NCBI GenBank assembly: GCA_031458695.1
Contig: JAVKJW010000017.1
Coordinates: 1 to 45,676 of the forward strand
Origin: Candidatus Thermofontivivens primus
GTDB lineage: Bacteria > Sysuimicrobiota > Sysuimicrobiia > Sysuimicrobiales > Thermofontiviventaceae
Length of the DNA: 45,676 bases
Direction of reading: 5' to 3'
The position numbers were made by a program, and so were the translations under genes. Positions 1 through 9,686 of the stretch are shown here, in pieces. The number at the start of each line of letters is the position of its first letter. The stretch's first letter is position 1. Under the pieces are notes generated by a model, which ran no database searches, had not been told where the DNA came from, and worked only from the letters and a program-made list of their open reading frames with translations.

Positions 1-1507
1 CGGTGATCCATTCCACTGGATGATTCAGATAATAACGCAGACTCGGGATCTCCGGCATCAAGGCCACAACAGGATTCCCACCTAACACCTCGACCTGGAT
101 CTGTCGGGCCAGGGGCCGAATCGGGCGCATCACCTCCACTTGCGGGAGCACCGCAGTTACGAGGACAATCATGGCCACTACCATCGTGGCCGGAATCAGG
201 AGAAGGCTCCACCTCTCCCGGTGGGCGAAGAAGGCCACCGTTGCGAGGAGGAGGCCTAAGAACAGGACCGTGGAAAGGAGCAGAAGGCTTTCTCTTAAGT
301 GCACGAGCTCTACGGGATACTTCCACCGGGCAAAGAGGGCCACCTCGGTGAACACAACAAAGGTAGCGAGAAAGTTGACGAGTGCGCCGACCGCCATCTT
401 CCGCCGGTGTTCCTGCGGATTCTGGAGGAACGCTTCCCAGGTGCTGGCGATCCCCATGGCGCAAAGCGGGTATAGAGGCAAAATGTAATTGGGGAGCTTC
501 GTCCCAGCTATGGAGTAGAAGATGAAAACAATGGCACACCAAAGAATGAGGAGAAGGCTCGAATCCTGATCCAGCCGGCGCGCGTGGTAGGTGGCCATGG
601 AGTACAGGAAACCTGTCCAGGGAAAGGCGCCAAGGAGGAGGACGGGGACGTAGTAATAGAACGGTCCCGACTGCCCCTCCACAGGACCTAAGAACCGGTA
701 GAAGGTGTAATAGCCGATGACACGAGCAATAAAGGGATAGCCGTGGCGGATCGCTTCCACCACATACCACGTCCCCCCGATCAACAGGTACAGGCCCAAC
801 CCGAGCAGCACAGGAATCTGTCGCAGCTTACTGAGCTCGCGGCGAATCCCCAGGAAGGCGAGAAAGGTCATGGCAGGGAGGAGGAGGCCGACGGGACCTT
901 TCGTCAAAGTGGCGAGTCCCGCCCAAGCGAACCCCCAGAGGTAGGAACGGCGCGTTGCGCTATCTCCCGTCCAGGGAGAGGAAGGTAGCGGGTTCTCCCC
1001 AGGAATCGAGGGCCCAGCCTCGGATGAACGGGCTGGAGAGGGCGAACGGGCATAGCCTTGGTAGAAGCTGTAGAGGCTAGCGAGCATGAACACTACGAGG
1101 ATCGTATCGAAGACCACGAGCCTTGACTGGGCGAAGTACTGGAACATTGTTGCAAGGATCACCGCACTCCACAAGCCAATGCGTTCTGAGAAGAGCGCGC
1201 GCCCAAACAGGTAGGTTACGCCAACCCCAATGGCGCCAAAGAGCGCAGGCCATATCCGAGCGGTGAACTCGTTGAAGCCGAACAGGCGCCCGGTGAAAGC
1301 CTGGAGCCAGAAGGCAAGCGGGGGGTGCACGAACCACGGTCGCCCATCATAGGTGAGGGTCAAGATCTCGCCGGATGTCGCCATCTCCCTGGCGATCTGG
1401 GTGTACTTCGCTTCGTCGTTGTCCCACAGGCTCATGTCCCCCAGGTGAAAGGTGAACAACAGGAGAGCTCCAAGCACGAAAAGGAGGGCGATCCCGTAGG
1501 TTCTCAT
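1..1507 (-). CDS. ArnT/PMT-family (GT-C fold) membrane glycosyltransferase, 3' end runs off the window
   Basis: Not in the ORF track; translated by hand from ATG at 1507 and open to the window edge. Reads MRTYGIALLFVLG...SLWDNDEAKYTQIAREM...WFVHPPLAFWLQA...LATLTKGPVG...TKLPNYILPLYP, with ArnT-type DE and TKG motifs and many TM segments. Confidence 0.85.
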   Translation of the reverse strand, partial: MRTYGIALLFVLGALLLFTFHLGDMSLWDNDEAKYTQIAREMATSGEILTLTYDGRPWFVHPPLAFWLQAFTGRLFGFNEFTARIWPALFGAIGVGVTYLFGRALFSERIGLWSAVILATMFQYFAQSRLVVFDTILVVFMLASLYSFYQGYARSPSPARSSEAGPSIPGENPLPSSPWTGDSATRRSYLWGFAWAGLATLTKGPVGLLLPAMTFLAFLGIRRELSKLRQIPVLLGLGLYLLIGGTWYVVEAIRHGYPFIARVIGYYTFYRFLGPVEGQSGPFYYYVPVLLLGAFPWTGFLYSMATYHARRLDQDSSLLLILWCAIVFIFYSIAGTKLPNYILPLYPLCAMGIASTWEAFLQNPQEHRRKMAVGALVNFLATFVVFTEVALFARWKYPVELVHLRESLLLLSTVLFLGLLLATVAFFAHRERWSLLLIPATMVVAMIVLVTAVLPQVEVMRPIRPLARQIQVEVLGGNPVVALMPEIPSLRYYLNHPVEWIT

Positions 1508-1511
1508 AGGA

Positions 1512-1556
1512 CGGGTCTGCACGGTCTGCACAGTCTACACAGTCTGCACGGTCTAC
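1512..1556. repeat. Tandem nonamer repeat, 5 x ACRGTCTRC
   Basis: cgggtctgc acggtctgc acagtctac acagtctgc acggtctac, immediately upstream of the arnT-like ATG. Confidence 0.9.
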
Positions 1557-1563
1557 CTAAACA

Positions 1564-1633
1564 CTCACAGCTCACGATTCACGACTCACGATGCACGATT
1601 CACGACCTACAATTCACGGCTCACGATTCACGA
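1564..1633. repeat. Tandem heptamer repeat, about 10 x YTCACGA
   Basis: ctcacag ctcacga ttcacga ctcacga tgcacga ttcacga cctacaa ttcacgg ctcacga ttcacga. Confidence 0.92.
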
Positions 1634-1650
1634 CATCCCATAAAAGGACA

Positions 1651-2724
1651 TCACCGCTCCATACGGTAGAGCAACCAGCCCCCAACCAACGCCATCACCG
1701 TGTTTGGAAGCCATGCCGCCACAAAAGGCGGGAGGCGCCCCCCGTGCCCTAGGCTGAGGCTCAGGGAGAGGAGGAGGTAGTACAGGAGGATCACTACGAT
1801 GCTTAACCCCAGCCCAATGGATGGTCCGGACCTATGCGGCCGGAGGCCGAGAGGAACTGCGAGGATGGCGAAGACGATTGCGGAAACTGGGGTAGCCATC
1901 TTCGTGTGCATCTCCACGAGGTACCTGGTGAACTCCTGGCCGCTGCGGCGCAGGACATCGATGGCCAGTCGGAGTTCCCGCACGCTCATCTCTGAGGGAT
2001 CCTTCGCCGGAATGGCCACCTCCTCCGGGGAACGCGGGAGATTCACGCGCAGACGCGCGAACTGGCTCCGTACCGTCCCAGATGCATTCAACAGGTATAG
2101 GATCCCGCGTTCGAACTCCCACTGCCCCTTACGGTATATGGCCTTTGCCGCCTCGATCACACGAAAGACCCGGCCTTCCCGGAACTGCGTCACCACAACC
2201 CCCTCCATCATCTCCGTCTCTGGATGGAAGCGGCGGGCAAACACCATGGACTCAATCCCATCGATCTCCTCCCGGAACAGGACGTTCTCCTGAGGACGGG
2301 GCTCTTGCTTGAGGAGCTCTCGGAAGAAGATAAGGCGATACCGGTCCTCGGCACCAGGTACCACACCTTCCGTGATCAGGAAGGTGGATAGGCTCATGAA
2401 CGCGCCAATGGCCAGCACGGGGACGGCCAGGCGGTAGAGGCTGATACCGCTTGTGCGCAGCGCTGCGATCTCGTTCCGGTCGCTCAGCCGGCCGAAGGCC
2501 AGGAGGGTCGCCAGGAGCACGCTCATGGGCAAGCTGTAGGTGAGGAGGAGGGGAAGACGGTAAAGCACAAGCTGAATAGCCACAGAAGCCTGGGCTCCCT
2601 GCTGAAAGATCAGGCGAGCGAGCTGGAAGAGATGGTTCGCTAGGAGCAGGGAGGTGAAGATCCCTGCTGCGAACAGGAGAGCGCCCCCAAGTTCTTTCAG
2701 CAGGTACCGGTCTAGCAGCCGCAT
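1651..2724 (-). CDS. LPS export permease LptF/LptG family
   Basis: MRLLDRYLLKE start, GRLSDRNEIAALRTSGISL motif, C-terminal AAWLPN; follows lptB. Start placed at ATG 2724 (ORF track extends to 2754). Confidence 0.92.
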   Translation of the reverse strand: MRLLDRYLLKELGGALLFAAGIFTSLLLANHLFQLARLIFQQGAQASVAIQLVLYRLPLLLTYSLPMSVLLATLLAFGRLSDRNEIAALRTSGISLYRLAVPVLAIGAFMSLSTFLITEGVVPGAEDRYRLIFFRELLKQEPRPQENVLFREEIDGIESMVFARRFHPETEMMEGVVVTQFREGRVFRVIEAAKAIYRKGQWEFERGILYLLNASGTVRSQFARLRVNLPRSPEEVAIPAKDPSEMSVRELRLAIDVLRRSGQEFTRYLVEMHTKMATPVSAIVFAILAVPLGLRPHRSGPSIGLGLSIVVILLYYLLLSLSLSLGHGGRLPPFVAAWLPNTVMALVGGWLLYRMER

Positions 2725-2769
2725 CGCGCGATAGGCGTTCACATTCTCCCACAAACAGCCACAGAACCT

Positions 2770-3489
2770 CTACATCTCGAAGCGTTCGCCCAGATAGATG
2801 CGACGCGCCTCGTCATTCTCCAGGATCTCCCCAGAGGTGCCAGAGGCCAGGATTCGGCCTTCATACAGGATGTAGCTGCGATCGGTAATCGCCAGGGTGT
2901 CACGCACATTGTGGTCTGTGATCACCACCCCGATCCCCTTCTTCCGGAGGTAGAGGACGATCTCCTGGATCTCTGTCACGGACTTGGGATCGATCCCCGT
3001 GAACGGCTCATCAAGGAGCATGAACCGAGGCTCCATCGCCATGACACGGGCGATCTCTACCCTGCGCCGCTCCCCGCCGGAGAGGGTGGCGCCGAGCTGC
3101 CGACGCAAGGGAGTAAGCCCGAACTCCTCCAGGAGGCGGTCTACGATCTGCCTGCTCTCTGAGAAATCCTTCCTCCCGGTGGCCTCCAGGACCATCCAGA
3201 TGTTCTCCTCCGTCGTGAGGCCCCGGAATACCGATGGTTCCTGGCTGAGATAGCCAATCCCAGCTCGCGCACGCATGTGGACAGGGAAGTTCGTGATGTC
3301 CAAACCGTTGAGGTAAACCCTCCCCGAATTCGGCCTGGTAAGTCCCATGATCATATAGAAAGTCGTGGTCTTCCCGGCACCATTGGGGCCGAGGAGGCCC
3401 ACGATCTCTCCGGGGTGCACCTCCAGGCTGACTCCCTGGACCACGGTGCGCGTCCCGTAGCGTTTGACGAGGTTTTCCGCTACAAGCAT
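2770..3489 (-). CDS. lptB: LPS export ABC transporter ATPase LptB
   Basis: GLLGPNGAGKTTTFYMI, LSGGERRRVEIAR, LLDEPFTGIDP, ITDHNVRDTL, YLGERF. Confidence 0.97.
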   Translation of the reverse strand: MLVAENLVKRYGTRTVVQGVSLEVHPGEIVGLLGPNGAGKTTTFYMIMGLTRPNSGRVYLNGLDITNFPVHMRARAGIGYLSQEPSVFRGLTTEENIWMVLEATGRKDFSESRQIVDRLLEEFGLTPLRRQLGATLSGGERRRVEIARVMAMEPRFMLLDEPFTGIDPKSVTEIQEIVLYLRKKGIGVVITDHNVRDTLAITDRSYILYEGRILASGTSGEILENDEARRIYLGERFEM

Positions 3490-3599
3490 ATCGGGTTCGT
3501 TGAGTCTACCACGTTCAAACGAAGTAAAGTAGCGTAAAAACCTTCAACGGCACTCCGCTACCACTCTGTGCCTCACTCCAAGCACGTGTCAAAAAAGCG

Positions 3600-4544
3600 C
3601 TATGGACGCAAGTACACCACAGCGCGTGGGGACCCTTCCGCCAAAACCCGCTCCTCATCGAGGTAGACGGTCATGCTCTCCGCGGTGAGGAGATCCCTCT
3701 TCCCCTCCACCGTCCGAATCAAGGTGACGCCCCCGGAGAGTCGCGCCCACCCTTCTTTGCGGCGGATCTCCCCTTCTGGAGCGGTTGCTTCCAGCGACCC
3801 CCGGGTGATGCGAACCCCTCCACGCAGGAAGACTACTTCCTCCCGTGTGCGCGCCTCGATGAGGCCCGCCCTGCCTTCTGTATCCTTGACACGCACCCAT
3901 GGGGATCCTGACACAACGATGGTCTCCTTCCTCTGATCGACTTCCAGGCGCTCCCCTGTGAGCACGGTGTCGCCCCGGTGGACGGTGACCGAACCTTCCG
4001 CCACCGCGCGTCTGCCGCGATCCCACACCTGCACGCGCTGTGCATGCAATGTGGTGACCGTGACTCCCTCTCCTGGAGTCGCTGGGGCCGTTGCCTCCGT
4101 TGAGGTCACCACGACGTTCCCCTCGGCCACGGCCCTCCCCTCCCCCCACCAGGCTGTGATCCAATCGGCCGTAAGGGTTGTCTCTCCATCTTCCCTGGAG
4201 TATCTGACCATCGCTCCGCCATGGGCAACGGCCCGTTCCTCCTCCAGGAAGACCTGCACCTCAGGAGCCCGGACCTCCTGGTCCCGCGAGCGGGCGACAA
4301 CGCCCCCGCTCGCAAACGCGACACGCTCTTTCTGGCTGTAGCGCACGAAGGGAGCGCGCAGTTCTAGGTCCCCCTTCCTCAGGAGAACCTCCTCTCCCTG
4401 CAGGACCCAGACCCCTGTGCGGTCGTCGTATTCCGCACGGGAGGCACCAGTGATTTCCACCGGCTCGCCCTGGGCGTGCAAGGGCGATGGAAGGACCAAG
4501 AGGACGGCAAAGAAAATGAAGGGCAGAAATCTCAAACGCACCAC
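3600..4544 (-). CDS. lptA: LptA/OstA-like periplasmic beta-jellyroll protein with several OstA repeats
   Basis: Signal peptide and repeated A-x-G-x-V-x-V strands; lies between lptC and lptB. Confidence 0.75.
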   Translation of the reverse strand: MVRLRFLPFIFFAVLLVLPSPLHAQGEPVEITGASRAEYDDRTGVWVLQGEEVLLRKGDLELRAPFVRYSQKERVAFASGGVVARSRDQEVRAPEVQVFLEEERAVAHGGAMVRYSREDGETTLTADWITAWWGEGRAVAEGNVVVTSTEATAPATPGEGVTVTTLHAQRVQVWDRGRRAVAEGSVTVHRGDTVLTGERLEVDQRKETIVVSGSPWVRVKDTEGRAGLIEARTREEVVFLRGGVRITRGSLEATAPEGEIRRKEGWARLSGGVTLIRTVEGKRDLLTAESMTVYLDEERVLAEGSPRAVVYLRP

Positions 4545-4559
4545 TACCAGATCTCCTTA

Positions 4560-5153
4560 TTACTCGCTCTGTTCCACGCGCACATTCCCCACCAACCGCG
4601 TCTTCGTCAGGTCCGGGTCGGACTCAAGAAAATCAGCCCTGACTGTCAGCTTCCCCTCAGAGAGGAAGACCTCCCCGCTGGCAGTGATCTTGGCCGCTTT
4701 CTCAGACCAGGTCACCTTCTGCGCACGCAGGCGCCGACCCTCCGCGCTCTCCATCTGGACGTTGCCCAAGAGCTCCACCTCCCGTGCCTGCATATCTACG
4801 TGGCCTTGATCGGCGCGGAACCTGAGCACTGCCCTCCCTTCCCTGTACAGGATCCCTGTGGGGTTCTGGAGTGTCGCCCTCTCCCGGCTGCTGTCCAGGC
4901 TCACAACCCGGGCGCGGACCTCCCACTGCTTACGCCCTTTCTCGTCTACGCCAGAGAACTGTCCCCCCTCTACCTGCGCCACCGCTGGGCTTTCGGCTGG
5001 GGAGGCGGGAGCAGGCGCCTTTTGGGGAGGCTCGACAGGTGCGTGCGATGGCGCACCACGCTCCCTCAGGAGGAAGGCCGCGGTTCCTGCAAGGAGAGCG
5101 CCAATAAGCGCCCCCACCAAGACCAGCCAGATTCCCTTTGATCCAGGATGCAT
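4560..5153 (-). CDS. lptC: LPS export protein LptC
   Basis: N-terminal TM, Pro-rich linker, then WEVRA...LLGNVQM...LVGNVRV jellyroll; synteny. Confidence 0.82.
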   Translation of the reverse strand: MHPGSKGIWLVLVGALIGALLAGTAAFLLRERGAPSHAPVEPPQKAPAPASPAESPAVAQVEGGQFSGVDEKGRKQWEVRARVVSLDSSRERATLQNPTGILYREGRAVLRFRADQGHVDMQAREVELLGNVQMESAEGRRLRAQKVTWSEKAAKITASGEVFLSEGKLTVRADFLESDPDLTKTRLVGNVRVEQSE

Positions 5154-5236
5154 GGAGCCTCCCCACCCATCTTAGGGGAACATCGTCCTTCTTGCAATGG
5201 GAACTCCCGCTGGGCGACGATGATCGCCACTTACCC

Positions 5237-6367
5237 CTACAACCCGCTAAGCACCTTGAACACCTCCTCAGCGGCGCGCTCGAAGGCTCCCCCCGGGCCA
5301 AGCATCGAGGCCGCCTGAAGGAGGTCCGCGCGCATGGTCTTGCGTCTCTCCTCGTCCTGAAGCAGGGTGATCGCTTCCGCCGCCAGGGATTCCGCAGTAA
5401 GCCGGTCCTGGAGGAGCTCCGGAACAACCGCGCGCCCCAAAAGAAGGTTCGGAAGACTGGCGTACTTGAGCGTCACTTCCCTGTTGGCAATGATCCAGGA
5501 GAGCCAGGAGAGACGGTAGACCACGATCATGGGCGTCCCTAGACAGGCTGCCTCAAGCGCCGCCGTCCCAGAGGTCACGAGGAGAAGATCGCTCGCGGCC
5601 ATGACGTCGTAGGGCCTCCCTTCCCAGATGGTGAGAGCAGGGCCTCTCGCCTGGACTCCCTCGATGAACAACCGGTGAGAAGGGAGGGGAGCCGCGACAA
5701 ACCGGACATCGCCGAAAGCCTGTTGGATCAAGGTTGTCGCCCCGAGCATCGTAGGGAAAATCCCCTCTACCTCCTGCCGGCGGCTTCCAGGGAGCAGACC
5801 GATCACAGGAGTTGTGGGGGAAGCACCGAGCGAAGCCCTCAGGATCTCTGGCTGATCGGACGGTCGAACCAGGTCCCTGGCGGGGTGCCCTGTGAACACG
5901 ACATCTGCCCCTGCACGGGCGTAGCACTCCGCGTCGAAAGGCAATGTGGCCAGGAGCTTCATGCCCAGCCTGGCGATCTTTCGGGCACGGTCCCCACGCC
6001 GGCCGTAGACCATCGGGGGGACAAAGTAGACGATGGGGACTTTCCCCCTGAGCCGCGAGGCCACCTGGAGGTTGAACCCGGGGAAGTCCACGAGAACGAG
6101 AAGATCCGGCGCGACCCTACGGATCAGAGAGAGCACCCGCCGCAAGCGCAGGAGGAACATCGGGATCCGCAGGTAAGCCTCCAGGTAGCCCACCACGCCC
6201 CACTCCGTGGTCTCCGCAAGGATTTCCACACCGGCACGGGCCATGCGCGGCCCTCCCACTCCCACGAGGCGCAGAGTCGAATCCCGCCTCAGGAGCGCAC
6301 CGGCCAGCTGGGAGGCGAGGAGGTCACCTGAGTGCTCCCCGGCGACGAAGAAGAGGGTCAAGCCCAT
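5237..6367 (-). CDS. lpxB: Lipid-A-disaccharide synthase
   Basis: AGEHSGDLL, GVGGPRM, VDFPGFN, LLPGSRRQE, SGTAALE, SLPNLL, VPELLQ. Confidence 0.96.
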   Translation of the reverse strand: MGLTLFFVAGEHSGDLLASQLAGALLRRDSTLRLVGVGGPRMARAGVEILAETTEWGVVGYLEAYLRIPMFLLRLRRVLSLIRRVAPDLLVLVDFPGFNLQVASRLRGKVPIVYFVPPMVYGRRGDRARKIARLGMKLLATLPFDAECYARAGADVVFTGHPARDLVRPSDQPEILRASLGASPTTPVIGLLPGSRRQEVEGIFPTMLGATTLIQQAFGDVRFVAAPLPSHRLFIEGVQARGPALTIWEGRPYDVMAASDLLLVTSGTAALEAACLGTPMIVVYRLSWLSWIIANREVTLKYASLPNLLLGRAVVPELLQDRLTAESLAAEAITLLQDEERRKTMRADLLQAASMLGPGGAFERAAEEVFKVLSGL

Positions 6368-6447
6368 CGCATTTCCTAAGATGAGTCTTCAAAGAATAGC
6401 TTTCCACGATGCCCGCGGCCAAAGATGTCGTGTGCATTTGGGGTGGG

Positions 6448-7254
6448 CTACGTCGGAGGCTCCCAACGGGCCACCCCGCGGGTCATTGGGGCACCTCTCC
6501 GGGACGCACGGAGGAACTCCAGCAGGTTGCCCACTGCAGCGTCCTCCCCGAGCTCCTGCTCAATCTTCTCTATGGCCTGGGAGAGGGTGAGTTGCGACTG
6601 GTAGAGGAGGCGGAAGGCACGCTTGAGGGCCCTGCGGCTCTCCGCAGGGATGCCGGCGCGCCGGAGGCCAACGTGGTTGAGGGCGCGGATTCGCGCAGGA
6701 TGGCCATCGGCGAGCATGTACGGCGGGATGTCCTGGCGCACCATGGAGCAGGCGGCGATCATGCTCAGGCGCCCGACGCGTACGAACTGGTGGATGCCGG
6801 AGAGCCCGCCGACGTATGCCTGGTCATCTACCTGAACGTACCCTCCAAGCTGGACCCCGCTCACAAGGACCACGTGATTCCCGATGCGACAGTTATGATC
6901 GATGCGCACGTAGGACATGATGTAGTTCTCGTTCCCAATCACAGTCTCTGTACCAGTCCCTGTCGCCCTGCTGATGGTCGCATACTCCCGGATGATGTTG
7001 CCGTCCCCGATCACCACCCGGCTCTCTTCCCCCCGGAAGTGCCTGTCCTGAGGAGGACACCCGATGACTACCCCTGCAGAGATCTGGTTCCCTCGCCCGA
7101 TGATCGTCCCTGCTTCAATGACCGCGCGAGGGCCCACAACAGTCCCCGACCCGATGACGACGTGAGGGCCGATGATGGCATAAGGCTTGACGACAACGCC
7201 CTCCTCAAGGACGGCAGTGGGATCTACGATGGCCGTGGGATGTACCGTCGTCAT
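6448..7254 (-). CDS. lpxA: UDP-N-acetylglucosamine acyltransferase
   Basis: Hexapeptide repeats; [33 protein letters not shown]. Confidence 0.96.
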   Translation of the reverse strand: MTTVHPTAIVDPTAVLEEGVVVKPYAIIGPHVVIGSGTVVGPRAVIEAGTIIGRGNQISAGVVIGCPPQDRHFRGEESRVVIGDGNIIREYATISRATGTGTETVIGNENYIMSYVRIDHNCRIGNHVVLVSGVQLGGYVQVDDQAYVGGLSGIHQFVRVGRLSMIAACSMVRQDIPPYMLADGHPARIRALNHVGLRRAGIPAESRRALKRAFRLLYQSQLTLSQAIEKIEQELGEDAAVGNLLEFLRASRRGAPMTRGVARWEPPT

Positions 7255-7688
7255 ACAGCATCCACATCCACCAGGGAAAAGGTCAGCTCGCCTTCCGCCA
7301 CCACCTGCCCCTCGACCTTGGCTGTCGTCTTGAGCTTTCCTACCCGCCCCTTCATGGCCACCAGCTCCGCTTCCAGGACGAGCTGATCTCCTGGAGTGAC
7401 GGGACGTCGGAAGCGCACCTTGTCGATGGCAGCGAAATACGCCATCTTGCCAGCGAGCTCCGGACGGTTGAGGATCAACGCGGCGCCCACCTGCGCCATT
7501 GCTTCTACAATGAGGACGCCCGGCATGATGGGATGGCGAGGGAAATGACCCTGGAAATAAGGTTCGTTGATGGTCACGTTCTTGATCCCCACCACGCGTC
7601 GGTCGTCCTCGACCTCCAGGATCCGATCCACCAGGAGGAAGGGGTAACGGTGAGGGAGCAGATCAAGCAGCCTTTTGATGTCCAACAC
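7251..7688 (-). CDS. fabZ: 3-hydroxyacyl-ACP dehydratase
   Basis: [39 protein letters not shown]. Confidence 0.98.
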   Translation of the reverse strand: MLDIKRLLDLLPHRYPFLLVDRILEVEDDRRVVGIKNVTINEPYFQGHFPRHPIMPGVLIVEAMAQVGAALILNRPELAGKMAYFAAIDKVRFRRPVTPGDQLVLEAELVAMKGRVGKLKTTAKVEGQVVAEGELTFSLVDVDAV

Positions 7689-7783
7689 GGGAAACCCTCC
7701 GCTTTCGGTTCTTGGTTATGGATCTTCGAGGTTGCACAGTGCCCGGCAAACGATCTCGCATGGGCTGCTTGGCCCAAGATGGA

Positions 7784-8641
7784 TCACGAAGGACCGGAAA
7801 CCGACACCTTTCCTTGCTCGAGGATCTTCCGGGCGAGAGCCACGTGCAACGTATGGCCCCCGCCGACAGCCAGAAATTCCCCCAGCACCTCTCCCCCAAG
7901 GAGGGCAAGAGCTCCTAGGAGGTCCAGGATCTTGTGGCGGGCGGGCTCCTCCGGGAAGCGGGGAGTGCTCACGTACCCCTGGTGACTGAGGACCAGGACG
8001 TTCTCCTCCGATGCCCCCAAGGCAAGGCCCTGCTGACGAAGCCTCTCCGCCTCTTCTAGGAAACCCCACGTGCGCGCTGGTGCAATGGCTTCCTCGTACC
8101 GATCGGAGCCTGCATCGAAAGTGGCCACCTGGACCCCAAGCGTCGGCAGCTCTACAATATACCTCGCCTTCAACCTGGGAAAGGGAAGCGCCACGATACA
8201 GCTTGCATCGTCTTTCGCCCACACAGCTTCTTCAAGGCAGATCCGGGAGCGAAGTGCGTCCAGTTCTACAACCCCGGCTTCCCGAAGGGCCTTTACGTAA
8301 ACGATTGCGCTCCCGTCCCCAGCCGGAAGTTCTTCCCCTTCTACGTCCACAGCAAGGTTATCGATGCCAAGGCCGTAGGCCGCGGAGAGGAGATGCTCCA
8401 CCGTCGCCACGGAGACGGGAGATTGGAGATCGGAGACCGGAGATCGAAGGGTCACGCCTCGATCGGTCCCACCCACCGAGTCCAGGGATGCCCGCACAGG
8501 AGGACTTCCGGCCAGATCCACCCGGCGAAAGACGATCCCGTTCCCTGCAGGAGCCGGGCGTAACACAACACGGGCTAGCCTCCCGCTATGCAAACCGATC
8601 CCTTCCACAACCGCTTCCCTGGCAATGGTCCGCTGATGCAT
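7784..8641 (-). CDS. lpxC: UDP-3-O-acyl-GlcNAc deacetylase
   Basis: QRTI, GIGLHSG, TVEHLLSA, GDGSA, APARTWGF, RHKILDLLG, GGH. Start placed at ATG 8641 (MHQRTI). Confidence 0.95.
   Translation of the reverse strand: MHQRTIAREAVVEGIGLHSGRLARVVLRPAPAGNGIVFRRVDLAGSPPVRASLDSVGGTDRGVTLRSPVSDLQSPVSVATVEHLLSAAYGLGIDNLAVDVEGEELPAGDGSAIVYVKALREAGVVELDALRSRICLEEAVWAKDDASCIVALPFPRLKARYIVELPTLGVQVATFDAGSDRYEEAIAPARTWGFLEEAERLRQQGLALGASEENVLVLSHQGYVSTPRFPEEPARHKILDLLGALALLGGEVLGEFLAVGGGHTLHVALARKILEQGKVSVSGPS
8411..8445. repeat. Heptamer tandem repeat, 5 x GGAGAYN, inside lpxC
   Basis: ggagacg ggagatt ggagatc ggagacc ggagatc; encodes RSPVSDLQSPVS just before the TVEH motif. Confidence 0.8.
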
Positions 8642-8653
8642 TGGTCTTTCCCG

Positions 8654-8676
8654 CGACTCATGAATCACGACTCACG
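8654..8676. repeat. Heptamer repeat of the TCACGA family at the lpxD/lpxC junction
   Basis: cgactca tgaatca cgactca cg; same unit as 1564-1633 and contains the lpxD stop codon. Confidence 0.65.
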
Positions 8677-9686
8677 CCCGCGATCTTCGCTTCTAAAGCC
8701 TCCAGGCGCTTGACGAGTTCTGGCAGGCGTCGGAGAACTGCTTGGAGCCGCAACTCCTCCTGGTGGGGGCGGGCGGGGAATCCCGAGACGATGGCTCCAG
8801 GAGGCACGTCCTTGGTAGGTACTGCCCGTGCAAGGACCTGCGCCTTCTCTCCGATGGAGATATGGTCCGGAACTCCGACCTGCCCTGCCAAGATCGCCCC
8901 TCTGCCCACGCGGGAGCTCCCCGCGAGGCCCACCTGGCTGACAATGATGGCATCCTCCCCGATGACCACGTTGTGGGCGATCTGGACCAGGTTGTCGATT
9001 TTCGTTCCACGACCGATCCTCGTCTCGCCCAGGGTCGCGCGATCGATGGTCGTGTTCGCCCCGATCTCGACCTCATCCTCGATGACCACCCTTCCGCGGT
9101 GGGGGATCTTGCGGTAGCGGCCGGCGTCAAAAGCATAGCCGAACCCATCGCTTCCAATGACGGCTCCGCTATGGATGATGCACCGCCTGCCAATCACCGT
9201 CTTGGGGTAGATCGTGACCCGCGGATAGATCAGGGTTTCCTCACCAATGGAACAGCCCTCGCCTATCACCGTCCCCGCATGAACCACCACACGCTCGCCA
9301 ATAGACACTCTATCCCCTACAACCACATACGGCCCTAGTGCAACTTGGGACCCCAACGACACCTCCCTCCCCAGGATCGCCGTGGGGTGGATCTCCCAGC
9401 GCACAGGGGCAGGAGGGATGAGGGCCTCCAGGACCAGGGCCATGGCGAGGCGGACATCAGATACCGCAACAGCGGGCTTCTTTGAGGGAAAGATCCCCTT
9501 CTTCACCAGCAAGGCGGCGGCAGGGCTTGCCTCTGCTGCGGGAAGCCTCTTCTCCTCTGCGACGATCACGAGATCCTGCGGGCCTGCTTCCTGGAGCTCT
9601 GCCACTCCTAGGACCTCCACCTCGCCATTGCCAATGAGCTCACCGCGTACCATGGTAGCGATTTCCTGTAAACGCACGTGCACCAC
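8658..9686 (-). CDS. lpxD: UDP-3-O-(3-hydroxyacyl)glucosamine N-acyltransferase
   Basis: IGSDGFGY, VEIGANTTIDR, TKIDNLVQIAHNV, G-x-PA. Confidence 0.97.
   Translation of the reverse strand: MVHVRLQEIATMVRGELIGNGEVEVLGVAELQEAGPQDLVIVAEEKRLPAAEASPAAALLVKKGIFPSKKPAVAVSDVRLAMALVLEALIPPAPVRWEIHPTAILGREVSLGSQVALGPYVVVGDRVSIGERVVVHAGTVIGEGCSIGEETLIYPRVTIYPKTVIGRRCIIHSGAVIGSDGFGYAFDAGRYRKIPHRGRVVIEDEVEIGANTTIDRATLGETRIGRGTKIDNLVQIAHNVVIGEDAIIVSQVGLAGSSRVGRGAILAGQVGVPDHISIGEKAQVLARAVPTKDVPPGAIVSGFPARPHQEELRLQAVLRRLPELVKRLEALEAKIAGVSRDS

Noticed and set aside
6409..9338. Long plus-strand ORFs (325, 368 and 198 aa) opposite the lpx genes
   Set aside because: Antisense to clearly conserved genes.
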